Part shown: piece after piece, positions 48,301-62,451 of the stretch
Layout of the letters: each line of letters opens with the position of its first letter
Position numbering within the stretch: position 1 is the stretch's first letter
Assembly (NCBI GenBank): GCA_964247055.1
Contig: OZ176051.1
Coordinates: 9,796,001 to 9,860,000, forward strand
Direction: 5' to 3'
Origin: Paragordius varius
Lineage: Eukaryota > Animalia > Nematomorpha
DNA: 64,000 bases
Position numbers and translations under genes: made by a program
The notes under the pieces: model-generated
Seen by the model: only the letters and a program-made list of their open reading frames with translations
The model's database searches: none
Told to the model about the DNA's origin: nothing

Positions 48301-51300
48301 TTTACTATTGGATATGCATAGCTATTGAAACCTTTTAATACTTATTGATGTTCCAAAGTTTATACATATCTTCACCGACTAATAGTTGGATGAAAGGCTG
48401 TGATTGCCAATTTTGACTAAAAAGCGATAGAATTTTTCTATTGCAATATATTTTAATCGAGTTCGCCTGTGAGTATAAAATCAGAATTTTTATCTATAGA
48501 TTGTAATCCGTTATCATTGATTTTATATTCCAAATCCACAGATATTTCCGTTTATAAATTTATTCTTAGCTCAATATGTAATGTTTAAGTCAATACTTGT
48601 AGAATATTATTGTGTTTATCTTTACCATAAATAAAGTTATATCATCGAAATAAACTGCGCATATTAGGTTTTTTAAAATATAAATAATTTGTCCTATGAA
48701 TTTAACGGGGATTAACCATTATTCAAAATGAGCATATTTCGTAATACTTATTAAGTTGGTAACACGAAGATTAACATTAGAATAACAATAATAATTAATA
48801 ACCGCTACTTTTGCGTGTGTTTATTTTTTTTATATTAAAAAACTAATTGTGAAAATGTTTTATTCGGATCATCACAATAATCGATACCATTTTTTATAGC
48901 CGATGCTTTATGGTGGTTCATTCGTTATATTGCAATTAGTATGTAGCCAACTAAATCAATTTACTCATGATTTTTAAATGTATCGGCTGCCAGAATATTA
49001 GGGAATATAATATCAATTTACAGCCCTCTTTTGTTACGTGTCATCGTTAATAGTTTTTAAAAAACTATTTATTCATAATAAAAGTATTATAAACTCTAAA
49101 GAGTGTATCATTATTAGGCATAAGTATTATAAATTATATTGGATTTAACTATTGAATTCGAACCCATTTAGATAATCATCAAATTTACAAAATATAGATA
49201 ATTTACATTAACTCTTAATTTTGATTTTTTATATATATATAAGGTGATGAACTGGACACATGTGCAGTTTGTTTGGAGGATTATAATGATGGCGAAAAGT
49301 TACGCATTTTACCTTGCTCTCATGGTTTATATTTAGATTTAAGAAAAAATATATTTTAACTAATATATCGGTAATATCAAACAACTTATTTCGATCCGAT
49401 AATGCCAAAACTTATATTTGTATCCACCATTTAAAAAATAAAATAGTTTATCATTCCCGGTGCATTGATCCATGGTTAACGAAAAACAAAAGAAGTTGCC
49501 CAATCTGTAAACGTAAGATTGTTGTAGGGCGGAAACATAAGAATAAACCATCGCCTGGACGAAAATCGCATCAAACATCTCAAATACTACCCAATGATAG
49601 TCGACCCACTCTTAGTCATATTCCATCAACCTCAACAAAGTATACATATTATATAATCATTTAAATTTTATAGACAAATATTTTATCAAAATGGAAATCA
49701 TAATTATTTTAAACATTGTTATTTTAATATCAATTCTTTTGCAAAATAAAAAAAATGTAATTATTTGCTTATACAATTAATACATATATTTAACAATAGT
49801 AAATAAAGGTTTTTTTAAAATTTTAAGGTTTAGAAAGTATTGTGCCCTTGTTACCCAAATAATTTTTGTTTTTTTGCCTTTATAATTGTAATTTTTACGG
49901 TATTTATCACACATTTAATGTATATAGTCATCTCGAATCTATTGTGGTTAATGAACGTACACCCCTCTTATCTACTACGAATAATCGAAATCGTATTGGT
50001 ACAAACACTATAGTCAATAATGATGGTATTGAAACATCGCCGATGTCTCTTAAATCCGATAACAATCAATTTATATCCTATTTACCAACCAATACAAAAT
50101 TAGGTTATTTGAATCGTTTTAATTTAAAACCTCGCCAAATTTCACCACCACCTATCAATGTTAATCTTGATAACGAACAAGAAAATTACATTGAAAATAA
50201 TTTTATAAATAATCTTGATAATGGTAATTTGACCCTTTTATCAAAATTTCATGTTGGGGCCAAAAAGTTGGGGAAAATGCTTCTTCCAAAACCTAACGTT
50301 ATTTTTCCACAACAAAACACAGTAACCATTTCAACATCTACTGTCACGTCATCATCAATTGATTCTATCTCCAATTTTAGATTAGATTTGCGTGATCATA
50401 TTCAAAATGGCAAACCACAAAATCATAATTTAGGAACCGCTAATGAATCATACATACCTGAAGGCGAAAATAAAGCCTATGGTTTTGAACGTGCGGATAT
50501 TGAACAGCAAAAGGAACCACAAACTTTTGCCAAAACTATTTATGGGTCAGGCGGAAAAACTTTAATCACAGGTATGTATGCTTGATTTGGTTATTTTATT
50601 TTTGTGTAAATATTGTGTTTGGAATATGATAATAATAATTTTATTTAACACGTTATATTATTGTACGTAAAAGTTCTAATCAAACACATTATAATCAATA
50701 TAACGCAAAAAAACAAAAGGCGCTAAATTATTATAAAATTTTGCCCATTTTTTAATCTATCATTATAATGAATACCAAAATAGTTGGGCAAAAAGCTGTT
50801 TACTAATATTATATTACAAATTTTCCCTTCGTTTTTAATGGATAACACTTATATATGTTGAATGTATGACATATGTCCAAAAAGAGATGCTGACTCATCA
50901 CATAACAATTTCTTATTTCATTATTTCGCATATATTTATATTTATAAAATAAATTTTGGAAGTACCATAATTTATTTAAAAATATATTAATATTTTACAT
51001 TTCGATTCCAATTTCTAAAACTTTGTTTTCCATTAAGTGAGATACATATGTAAGTTATATGTACATAAGTCAGAAAAGGGTTAACTCATCTAACAATTTT
51101 TTTTATTTTATTACTAGGTCCATACAAGTACAATGGGCACATTAGCAATACATACAATAGTCAAGTGGAAGCCCTAACCCCAAGCAGTGGGAGTGATGAT
51201 GCGAGACACAACCACAGATACTCCAACAACGAGATGGATGGAAATAGCATTGGAAGCAGTAGAAGTAATTTTAGCAACTCAACAACCGATTCAACCCAAG

Positions 51301-52289
51301 ATAGTCAACACAGTTTCATCAATGAAGACAATGATAATGCTGAGAACGATGTTATAAGCATAGAGGACACAGCAAATTCACATCAGGGTGTATCCTCACA
51401 TCCCTATGAAATTATCGATGATAGGCCGAATGCCGCAATAAAATTTAAACGATCGAAACTGACTCCATCTCTGTTAGCTATGCATTATTACGGCAAGAAA
51501 AATAATATTAATTTTAGTCATCATAAAGATGAGAACATCTTGGATCGCATTGATGGACATGTCATGATTAAGGGAAGTAAACCAATACCTACCTCACAAC
51601 ACCCTAAAGCAAAAATAAACGTAATAGAATCAACTCCGTTTAAAACATCGACCCCAAACTCAAATCAACCTATAGATAATAATAATAATAATAATAATAA
51701 TCATTCAAAAATAATTGAGTTTTCACAGCAACAACAACCCACACTTACAGATTTGCTTGTAGGGTTGGATATGTTGCAAAAGCAACAAGATTCCAAGCAT
51801 AATATCGAAAATAATGATGATGGCGAATATTTTGCTAGAAGTTTTGGGGATCGGCGAAATAGTTTTATCAGATCCACTCTATTACAAGAAACTAAGAACG
51901 GGAATACCATTAACTTTGTAGATGTTGATGGTAACTACAGAGAGATTTTGTCTAATTCTACCTTTTTCACAGCTATTGAACCACCATCCTCTAATAAAAA
52001 ACGATCGAATGATTGCAATGAATCACAAAGCAATATTATTGATAAAACAACGCATTATATCAGTAATCCCAAGCCTCGAATTGAAAAACAACTTGTTAAC
52101 TTACCCAAGCAAATTAGTATGGAAAACACAATATTAAATGATGAACATCATCAAATAATTCCTGGCACTGATGTTACTGATTCGCATTATCTAAGCACGG
52201 ATGACATGATTGATAAACGCGAACTTAAAAATAAAATTGATCATAATACTGAGAATCAAGATGAAAAATCAAGATTTTTTATTCATTAA
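45372..52289 (+). CDS. RNF13: PA-TM-RING E3 ubiquitin ligase (RNF13/RNF167/godzilla family), ~915 aa. Exons 45372-45428, 45450-45533, 45556-45699, 45730-45902, 46512-46617, 47044-47137, 49244-49324, 49447-49639, 49928-50571, 51118-52289
   Basis: Signal peptide; DIPAEFGG; PA domain ([42 protein letters not shown]); [23 protein letters not shown]; RING-H2 [32 protein letters not shown]; ERTPLL sorting motif. RNF13 versus RNF167 orthology cannot be resolved. Confidence 0.9.
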
Positions 52290-53926
52290 ATATCATTATT
52301 TTCTTGGAAAAAAACCTTTAAAGAGCCTTATTTATTACCACCAAATTATTGCAATAAATTAATTAATATATTTTGTCATATACCTTCATTCTTGATTCTT
52401 TACATGATGAGTATTGTCACCCTATATGGTTTATTAAATGTGTATTTAAAATGTTTTAATTATATCTTGCACATATACAATATCAGGACTATTTATTTGT
52501 CAAATTATTTTTTTATATATATATGATTGCGAATAAAGCTGTTTATTTTTATATGCTGCTTAGTATAGAGATTTACATTGTGCCGAAAAAAATTGACCGG
52601 GATCTTTTAATGAGGTAAATTACGATTAGAGAACAAACACATGCCTCAAATTATTTCATATATGTTATAAACTAGTTTTTAATAGAATAGGCATAAAACG
52701 TAAAGTTTGTTGATGAAAATATCGCTAAACTTTAAGTGTTTAATATTAAATATTAGTTTTAAAACCAATCAATAAATTTAACAAGTGTGATTTGATGGTT
52801 CTAAAAATCAAGAATAGTGTTATTGTAATAACAATTTTGATTCAACAATCTTTACTTTCAATTATTTATTACTGATAGATAATAAATATAATGACCGTTA
52901 CAGATGCCTTAATTTTTATGTTAAGAATTAAATTAAGGAGATTTATCAAAATAATGTTAGTTTAGCTATATGTATTAAATAACATTGAAATTAGAACATT
53001 ATTTTTAACACATTCCCGATGAAACACTATTTTTTCATAACTAGTCTAAAAGAATTAAACCAATTATTTATTTTTAAGTATGAAAAATTTAATAAACATT
53101 AGAAATTTCCACAGTTCATATTTTTAATTTCCCATAACTTTGGCTTATTAACTTATTTTTATGAGTCAATGTTTCGAATTGTCAATAAAATTTTTGATTA
53201 GAAGTATTTTCTTTGATTTTTTTATTTTCCTAATCGCTTATCTTGCGTATGGAAATCACTGCTTGTAAATGCCCTTTATTGTTATTTATTTCCATATCGG
53301 TAGGTAAGATGGGTTTTCAAAGCATTTTTAGTCTAAACTTTGATATTAGAATTTAATTTTACCAAGAATTTTCCATTTCATAAAGCTATTATTTATGATA
53401 TACAGTATGAGTAAGTAATATATTGCTAGAAAGTTATTTATTGCCGAATAGTATATGCAACATAGAGAATTATTATTAGCTAATATTAGTAAAAAGTGAA
53501 AAATAATTTTAAACCAATAATACTGCCCTTTGTTTTATATGCTATTTGGTAATAATCAATAACTTTCTAGCAATAGACCCCTATATATATATATATATAT
53601 ATATAGATTTGGGACTAATTTATTAAAAATTATTAATTTATTTAATTATGGTATATAAATAAATTATATTTCCAGTTTATACAGTTATATATTATTACTT
53701 ACATTTAAAAAAGTATAATATGTGATTATGTTATATAAACAATACAAATTTTTACAGAAAACATAAATATTTTATTCAAATTCTATATATTTATATGAAA
53801 TATGATATGGGCACTAAATGTAAGTTTAAAATAATAAATAACTTACACAATTCAAAATAAATGCATACTAGCGAGTTAACCGGTTTTTTATATTTTTTTA
53901 AATAAAAACTATATATTAAATGCCCT

Positions 53927-56900
53927 CTATTTGTAACAAAATGGATGAAGGCGTAAGGGAAAAGAATTTTTCGGGTTATTAACAACAGTAGTATCCGTAC
54001 TCTTTAGGGATTGATTTGAGCGATTTGATCGCCAGGAACCTCCACTGTTCCCGTACGCAGAAGCGTTACCTAAAATATGTTTATTATCTTTTTCAGCCAG
54101 GTAAGGACTCCCAAAATATTCCGCATTATCGAATGAGCTAAGTTTCGTGCTTAATTTTCGTATTTGGTTTTTGGTTAAATGGTAAAAAGATACGGTAGCT
54201 ATCACAACTATGAGCGTAAACAGGAGACCTAGCGTGGTAGCAAATGTTATACGGCTAATACATATTTCTTTGGGATTAATTTTTCGGTATTTGGGTGAAA
54301 TGCCTCCTTGCTGTTGTCGTTTATGTCCACCATAGTATTTGTAAGTGTTCATATACTCTGATTCATACAGATATTCCTCCTCTATTAAATCATATATGGG
54401 AACATTAAAAAATATTAAAATAACGGTATGATTTCAATCCCAAAAAATACGAATTATGTTTGGTTAACTGCTATAGATCAAGGTTCTTCAACACAAACAA
54501 ATGGACTCGCGAACCGGATATACAACAAAAAACTTAAAAAAACCAAATAAATGGACATCAATTATTTTATTATTCAATCATTAGACTGTAAAAAATTTAC
54601 GACCACAATTTATCTACTAATTATTATTTTAATTAGAATTTATTCCATTGGCATGATTTGGGAATATATATTCGAATTTGCCTTCATTTAAATACAAGAA
54701 GTTGTTATTTATTGAATCTACTTATATTTACGGTTTTCATCTATTTGATTTATGAAATCTAATTTATGTCTGATATATAAATATTTAACGGTGCTAAAAT
54801 AATAACCCTCTGATAAATTAGTGGTGTTAATCAACAAAATAGATATAAAATTGTAAATAATATAATTTTATAATTTTAATATATTTCTATAAATTTTAAT
54901 ATCTTGAAAATATTTTTTGGAGGGCTACATGCAGTCTAGAGCCGCGTGTTTGACACTCTGGCTCTATACATGTTGAGAAATTTCCTTTTTTAAGGAACTT
55001 CTGTAGCATAATACAAAAGCGAAAAACATATTTTGGGGTTTATTTAGGGTGAAATATTGTAAAATTAGTTGTTGTCAGTTGTATACACCATGATAAGTTC
55101 GTTTAATATTATGTAATTTCCAAAGCCATCATTTAATAGAGAGTAACCAAGACATATAGGCTTACAAAAAAATATCCTGAGCTTATAACTTATCTCAGTT
55201 TTTTGATTAAAATTTATCAAAAAAAGGATATAAACCAACCTGATTCATATGATAAATTTTTGTCAGTCCATTTAGGATCAAGGGCAGAGCCATTCCGTGG
55301 CGATCCATGGAGCTCTTGATATTCTTCCTCTTCCTCAGCTGGTATTTTAACAACTATGGATTGAAAAATGGTGCTTGTTTTGATTAGGTCTTTGCCAGGC
55401 TGTCGAGCTTGGTTTATATGAGGATGGCCAATTAGATTTTTTCCTAATGGTGTGTCTATTTTATTACTGTTATTGTTGGTCGATTTTATTTGTAAGAAAT
55501 GAATGGTGTGATTGTATTTAAGCGATTTAGCATCATCAATCTCATGGGCATATACATCGGGTGAAAATAGTTTCTTAATGTCACGACGTCTACGCCTATG
55601 CTTACTGGGTGTGAACAATCCACAGCTTGGCTAAAAAACGTTTATAAGTATATTTGTTATTAAATAAAATGGTAAGCACCAAAAATATTCATTTAATTAT
55701 AAATATATATGTACATTTAGTGAGGAATCATCTGTAACTGTTTCATGTTATAAGAAACGGAAAATTTTCGATTTGCCATAGCATTAAATAGTTTTATATA
55801 TTTATGGTATGTGAAATTACTTGTTGACATTTTTTATAACAAATCTTGATTTCGCACACGAAATACACATTATTCACGTCAGGAAATTTGAAGACTTTAA
55901 AATGGAAGAAAACCAACAAGCCTTGTGACACATCTCTACTTTGAGGGCCGACTATTTGGGTGTGAATTGGACAACCATTTTGATCCAAAAGTTGTAAGCG
56001 ACCGGTTCCCATACCATCGTGAGCAAAACAGTTATATGGATACACATCAAATAAACCTAAGACATATAAATTATTATAGATGATAATTACATCATTATTT
56101 GTACCTGATACAATTATATATCTATGTATAATTATACACCATGATTTATACACAGTGTGCCAAATAAAGGTCAGAAAATATTTTTTATCGAAATTTACCA
56201 ACTTTTAGAATCCAAAAAAAATGAAGGTAACCGTTGCTTCTAAGGAAAATAAAAAATTACAATGCGACGGCTGTTTTTATGGTTTTAGTCTTATAAAACT
56301 TTTAATAAATTATTGATAATTTGGAAATCAATAAAATGGTAAAATCCAATATTAATAATTTGTATTTAAATAAACGGCACTTATAAAAGATAGGACGTCT
56401 AAAATTCAAAATCAGACTTTTCGAGTATAATTTAAATTTTAAATTTCGGAATGCATATGGGGGGAAATGTGAGAAATTTCAATAAAGCCACTTTTGTCTA
56501 AAAACGCTTAAATATTTCTTCAAAACATGTGATTAACCCGTTCGGCACCTGAGATGAAGGAATAAATCTAAGCCTTTTAAATAAAATATATGGTTTAATA
56601 ATATTTTATTATAACATGTGTATCCCCTTAAAATGGATTAAAATATGGATAATCTTTTAAGCGCATATGGATTAATTTATGAAAAAATTAGACATGAAAA
56701 TATATAACCCGGTCTGCAACTTACTACTTCAATTACGCTTAAATTATATTTATTTTGACATATACAAATAAAATTTGTCAAATTTATGCATGTATCATGT
56801 ATCTATTAAAAAATATATCTAATATACCTTGAGTGTCATGCACTTTGATAACAACTGTTCCAACCTGACCTAATTTCATATCCCTCGCTGGCGCAGCATG

Positions 56901-59900
56901 TGGATCTTTGCCTTCGACAATCGTCATCCAAGCCGGGGGCATAGTCATTGCACTCTGAACGCCATGGGGTAAACTCATTCTAAAATTTAAATAAAAACTT
57001 TGGAAATGCCATTCCTCAAATTTTATATAAATGAGTCTTTTTTTCAATTTATGCTTTTTAAGAGATTTTTTAAGTTCAGTAATCATATCAATATGATAAA
57101 CTGTATAAATAGCGACCCCAAATCTCCACCAACTCGTTTTTAATCGTCTTACTTATTCGTGCTAGGATCCCCACCCTAAAACAGAACTAAGCTGGTACTT
57201 TTTAAAATAATCTCTAAAAACTTACGGAACTTGAATCCCCGATTCTAATGCTGTTCCGCCATTGCCTCCAAGAATACAAGTTGCTCTGTATGCGACATCC
57301 TGGGCCGTAATAACGCCCATAACCATATTGTTAAGTATATTTATGTGACTTACAAAGCTTGTGATACCGTTTGATAAATCACTACCCTAAATATATGAAT
57401 CGATTTCTTTTAATTTATTAATTTATTTATGCTTATATTAAGTCTAAATTTATAATATTAATAATACGCAAAAGGCTATAGATTAAAACAAGAATAAAAT
57501 TTATTTCAAACCTGTGTTACGATAGAATTTCCACATCCATCGAGCGGAAGTATGAGATAGACAGTATTCGCACCGTGTCCTTTTGTTCTGCATTGATCGA
57601 CTTTATAGTAACCCTTTGTGTATATTACACCGTAGAATTTATCCTTAAATTGAACTTCAATCTTCATTTCATTCCGGTTAAGATTACATTTAACGTTTAC
57701 ACCTATGACATGCAAAAATGTAAGAATTAAAGCATATTTTAACAATTTACAATTTTTTAATTAATTATATAAGGACGCACCAATTATTGTACTGCTTTGA
57801 TATGACTTAGAAACAGGTGCTTGTAGCTTGGGATAACCAGAAAATTGTGTTCCAAGATTATTGGATGATTGGACCCACGATGATTGTCCAGCCATTCGAT
57901 TATAGTTCTCAGAATTCATATTGGACTTGGCTAGTTCAGACGATGCTTGAGCCATAACCGATTCTGGAGCCGAGCCGTCGAATTGGTTTGGCGCTATGGG
58001 AGGAGAACTCGCATCTGCACCAACATATTCTCCTTGTTGCAACCAAGATTCAGGACCGGTTGGTTGTGGCCCGCTGTGTGGTTCTTCTTGTCTGCTCATA
58101 TAGCTTTCTGTATCAGGTGCTGCTCTATTCGGTGCATCTGAACTCCCAGTTTCATATAATGATTCTTGGGGAACGCCATTATCAAACGGTATCATTTGAC
58201 TTTGACCTTCTTGAAATGAATCAGGAGGAGAAGGTTCTGCTGGTGAGCCAGGAACATTTTCACGGATTGATTCCACGAGTCCCGGTGGGGGTGAACCCTG
58301 ATTTGCTGCTGCCACTACAGCTGCCTCAGCCAATTCAGGAGGTGGAATTAAATATTCTTCTGGCCCTATTTGCAAATGCGTTGGATTAGATTGAGCATAC
58401 CCACTATGAACAAGGAAAGGGGAATATCGACCACCCGTTTCTTGTTTGATTTCGTTGAAAATGCTTTGTTGCCTATCAACCTGTGGTTGTTGATCAGGTT
58501 GGGACACATAATTGGCATGTGTGATTTTAGTTTGAAGAGCATCTTGTGTCGAAGGTTGTGATGACAATTTTCTTACATTATTTTTTAGGGTTGGATATTG
58601 ATTAATTTGTGCACTAGCTGCATTAGACACAGAGGAAGATGAAACCTCATTCATAAAACTTGACGGAGACATTCCAGGCAATGGTGAATTGGATGGCGAG
58701 TTATTTATAATGTTAGATGTTGGGTAAGATGATATAGAACTAACATGGGATTGCTCTGTTGAGGGTGGTTGAACCGGAGAATACATAGGTATACCTGGGT
58801 TATAATTATAACCAGTTCCATTATTTTGCGATTGCGTGTCTATTATAAATTGTTGCGCATATGAAGGGTTGAATCGATTCGAATCATGTTCATATCTAGC
58901 CATGTTTAGTTGTGGCGGATATGGTGGTCCATGTGGATATGCCGCACTAAATGGTGGGAGATTTGGATCGCTATGAGTTTGTGAATGTGTAAAAATTCTT
59001 CCATTATCTTCGTAAGGAGGTAATGCATGATCCGATGAAGGCGGATACATTGCATCAGGCGGAAGTCGATCAAAATAATCTGTAGCCAAATTCTGTTGAG
59101 TCTGCGAACTTCTTTCTGGTTCATGCCTGGAGACAGCTTCTTGCATATCAACCGTGGGTGTAGGATTATCCGGCATTGGTGTTGAATGAGCTACATTGTA
59201 ATCTTCATCATTGGAATGCGATCTTGTTTCTTCCGATGAATCGGATGTGGGCTGACCTTCTATTTCGCTCCCTGGTTCCTGATTGCCTTGATACATTTGT
59301 GAGGGATGATGCCATACCGGATGTAACCCATTTTGCTGATTGAATTCGCCAAAATGAGGATACGGTCCAGGGGGCGCATCTTCTGGTCTCATAAATTGAA
59401 TATTATTATAGTTGTTGTTATTTGGGTCAGGGATGGGCCCTGGATAAAAACCAGGTGAGGAAACGGATCCTTCCTGATGTGGGAAAAATGCTTCGTGGGG
59501 CATCATAAAGCCATCATGACCATATTGTGCTTGATTTCGTGCCTTATTAGCACCAGGTTCTTCACCAGGGGATTTATCTTTGTTGTCAGCATCTACAGGC
59601 TTTGTGTTATCATTATGTTCAGGCCTTTCATTCGAAGTTATGTAGAAGGGCCGATTTTTCACATGATATAAATCCAATTGACTGCGACCCTCCCCATCTT
59701 CAATTTCTTCGGGAAGTCGAGGGTTATCAACAACATGTTTTCCAGTTTTATAAAATTTAATTTTTGTTTTGGAATCAGGGTGGTCTGCCGAATCCTTAGT
59801 GCTATTGCTAGTTATGTCTTGCATAAAACCGTCTTTTATGTACTTTTCGGGACTGTCATCTTGCAATGCAGCATTGCTAGGTTCAAAATTGGAAGTTTCT

Positions 59901-60712
59901 TTTTGATGTAGTATTTCTTCGTTGCCATGTGTTTTGTCATATCTCTCATCCTCAACCTTTTGAAAATCATTGGTATTAGAATTATAGTTTAGTACGAGTG
60001 ATTCCCCCTCATTTTCTGATGGTGCTTTCCTTAATATCTGACTCGAAGCTTCTCGCAAGTATTCAATTTCATTAGTCTGTTGATTTTTTGTTTTATATGT
60101 CGTAGCTGGATTGGACCATGAAGTGGAGGATGGGCGTCCATCTATCACAGTTTCTTCCATACGAACAGGGAAATTATTGAAGAGACTTCCTTTACCGCCC
60201 TTTCCTGTTTGGCCTAGGCCCATAAGCATACGGAGAAAATCTTGGCTAGATTTTGCTGGAACGTCGGCGCTTCCATTGTTATTGACGGCAGAAATTTTTA
60301 TATGTTTAACCGGTTTTTGATTCAGGCGGTTATTGGGATGTTGCAATGGGACTGGAATATTTCCCCCAGGAATTAATACTTCTTTTACCGCGATCAATTT
60401 ACTCCCGTTGCTACTGTCATACAGAAGCTTGTTAACTTCGGGGTCGGTAAAATTAAAATCATAACCCCCATCTGATTTGTGTTTCACATAACTCGAATTT
60501 AACACATGTTTATTTGGAATGAGCTGAAGTATGCTAGAAAGTACTGATGCAGAATTTTTAGCTCTTGTCAGATTTGAGAGAATTCGCCTCACCCTAGGAG
60601 AGGCTTTGAGAAAAGTCATTGGTGCCAAACCACCTTGAGCATGAGCATTGGGAATGATTGAGAAATATCCCAAAAGCAGCAAAACCAAACAAATCCATGC
60701 GGCTCTGAACAT
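53927..60712 (-). CDS. ZP-domain cuticlin/dusky-like type I membrane protein, ~1505 aa. Exons 60712-57781, 57702-57512, 57386-57226, 56979-56828, 56056-55821, 55630-55240, 54381-53927
   Basis: Signal peptide, ~950 aa P/S/Q/N-rich region, ZP-N (VKC..MKIEVQF..FYGVIYTKG..C..GCG..C), ZP-C (NCFAHDG..LLDQNGCP..FKVFKFPD..VYFVCEIKIC..C..C), furin site HRRRRR, TM ITFATTLGLLFTLIVVIATVSFY, cytoplasmic tail. The total of 4518 nt is in frame. Confidence 0.88.
54479..54960. mobile_element. Possible hAT-type MITE in the last intron of the ZP gene
   Basis: Ends CAAGGTTCTTCAAC / GTTTGACACTCTG resemble Charlie-type TIRs. Flanks are not an exact TSD. Confidence 0.4.
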
Positions 60713-62156
60713 CTAAAGCATTATAATAGTTTCAATGATAATTAAATAGGGAACAATCGTTTTTTAATGAATAGATATGGAGCATATTAGCATCCTATTA
60801 CATATCTACTTTTTTTTACATATTCATCACAATATATTAGAATTTAATGTTGGTAACGGAACGCTATAGGACGGTTTAAGGTTTAAACCCCACCGACAGA
60901 TCACTGGCCAGTTGTTTAATACTTAAAACGGCCAAACTCCACGGATTTGCGGCAGGGCACGCTCAGACTAAAAGTCAACATGCGCTTTATAAAAGCAATT
61001 TTAACAATATTTATTGTAAAAAATATTTTATAATAAGATGATTAATTGTTTTGCAATTATAACTTTTTGATATGGACATGAGGTGACTATCTATTTGGCT
61101 AATGTTTTAATTAGATAATCATTTATTAATAAAGTTAATATTAGGATATATTGTATCTATGCTTGACAAAACACAGCAAGTCCAATAATTTTTATTAATT
61201 AAAGGCTGTTAGGATGTGTTATTAAATTATAATTTAAGGTCCGGGTCATGATTAATGCAACACCATATTAAATCAAATAATTTTGTAACAGATCCATACA
61301 TCAGATTAGCCTATATAGGTTCTAGTTGTATTTCCATTTTTTCAATCATATTATTCATAATAAATTTAAAAAATAAAATAAAGGAAAAGTATGGACAGCC
61401 AATACCAAGCTAGAAATTCAAAATGTGCAATTATTGCTTAATCAATGTCCGAGGCGTAGCTATGGGAGCGTAAAAAGGGGCTGATGCACCCGGCGCCACA
61501 GGGCGTTGGATTTTAAAATTTTTAAATTTTACAGTAAAAATTGAAATTATACGGACAAAACGTAAAAATAAAAAGACAAATATTTTTTCTAAAAGACAAC
61601 CATACTTTTTACAAACCTTAATTTTTCCAACATACACTATTTGATTACATTTTCAAATGATATAACTGAGTGTATTAACAATTTACATACCTAATATTTT
61701 GCAACCTAAAACAATAAGTAATATTTGAACAAATTGAATTTGAAAAAATATGGTTGTTAAGAAAACATATTTGTCGTATTTTTACGTTTTGTCCGTATAA
61801 TTTTAATTTTTATTGTATTCTAAAAAAATAGGCATTTAAAAATTATTATTTTAAATAATACATAAAAAAATCACGGAGGAGGACCCCAGAAATGCAATCT
61901 ACTGCTCTGTCGCTGTCAGCTTTGATCAAGCGAGTATTAAAGTTTTTTTGAGTCGTAAATACAATATGAGTTTATATATGGCCTTTAATAAAAAGGGAAA
62001 AGGACATTTTAATTCAACTGTTATTTTTTTAATTTAACAATAGATTACCATATATTATATTATTGTTAAAACGATTTCATATTAAATTATGTTCAAATGT
62101 GTTTTATCGTTAGGAAAAAATTATTATTTAATTTACCAACTAATATACTAAATATA

Positions 62157-62451
62157 CCATTTACAGTTCAAATTCATCCTTGAACAATTCGAATTCACCC
62201 TCGAAGAATTCAAATTCACACTTGAAGAATACAAAACCCTAAAAATAAATTATTTGTTTTCGAAATAATATAACTCATTATTAATATGAAATACTTTATG
62301 GCATTATTATTTTTTCAGTATTATTTTAATTTAAAACAATTTTTTTATTTTTTAAAAGTACATAATAATATAGGTAATTTTTCATAAAAAACATATATTT
62401 TATTTGAGGGTCAATTTGAATTGTTCAAGGGTGAATTCGAATTGTAAATGG
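62157..62451. mobile_element. Best-preserved CCATTTAC-ended MITE (295 bp)
   Basis: TATA|CCATTTACAGTTCAAATTCA ... TGAATTCGAATTGTAAATGG|TATA, with tandem ~20-bp subterminal repeats TTC(A/G)AATTCACCCTTGAACAA. Confidence 0.78.

Noticed and set aside
57947-60320. Several plus-strand ORFs of 63-133 aa opposite the large ZP exon
   Set aside because: These are expected antisense shadows of a GC-richer coding exon, with no independent signal.
61455-61915. GC-rich patches (GGCGTAGCTA..GGGGC) resembling a DNA-transposon end
   Set aside because: No matching opposite TIR or TSD could be identified.
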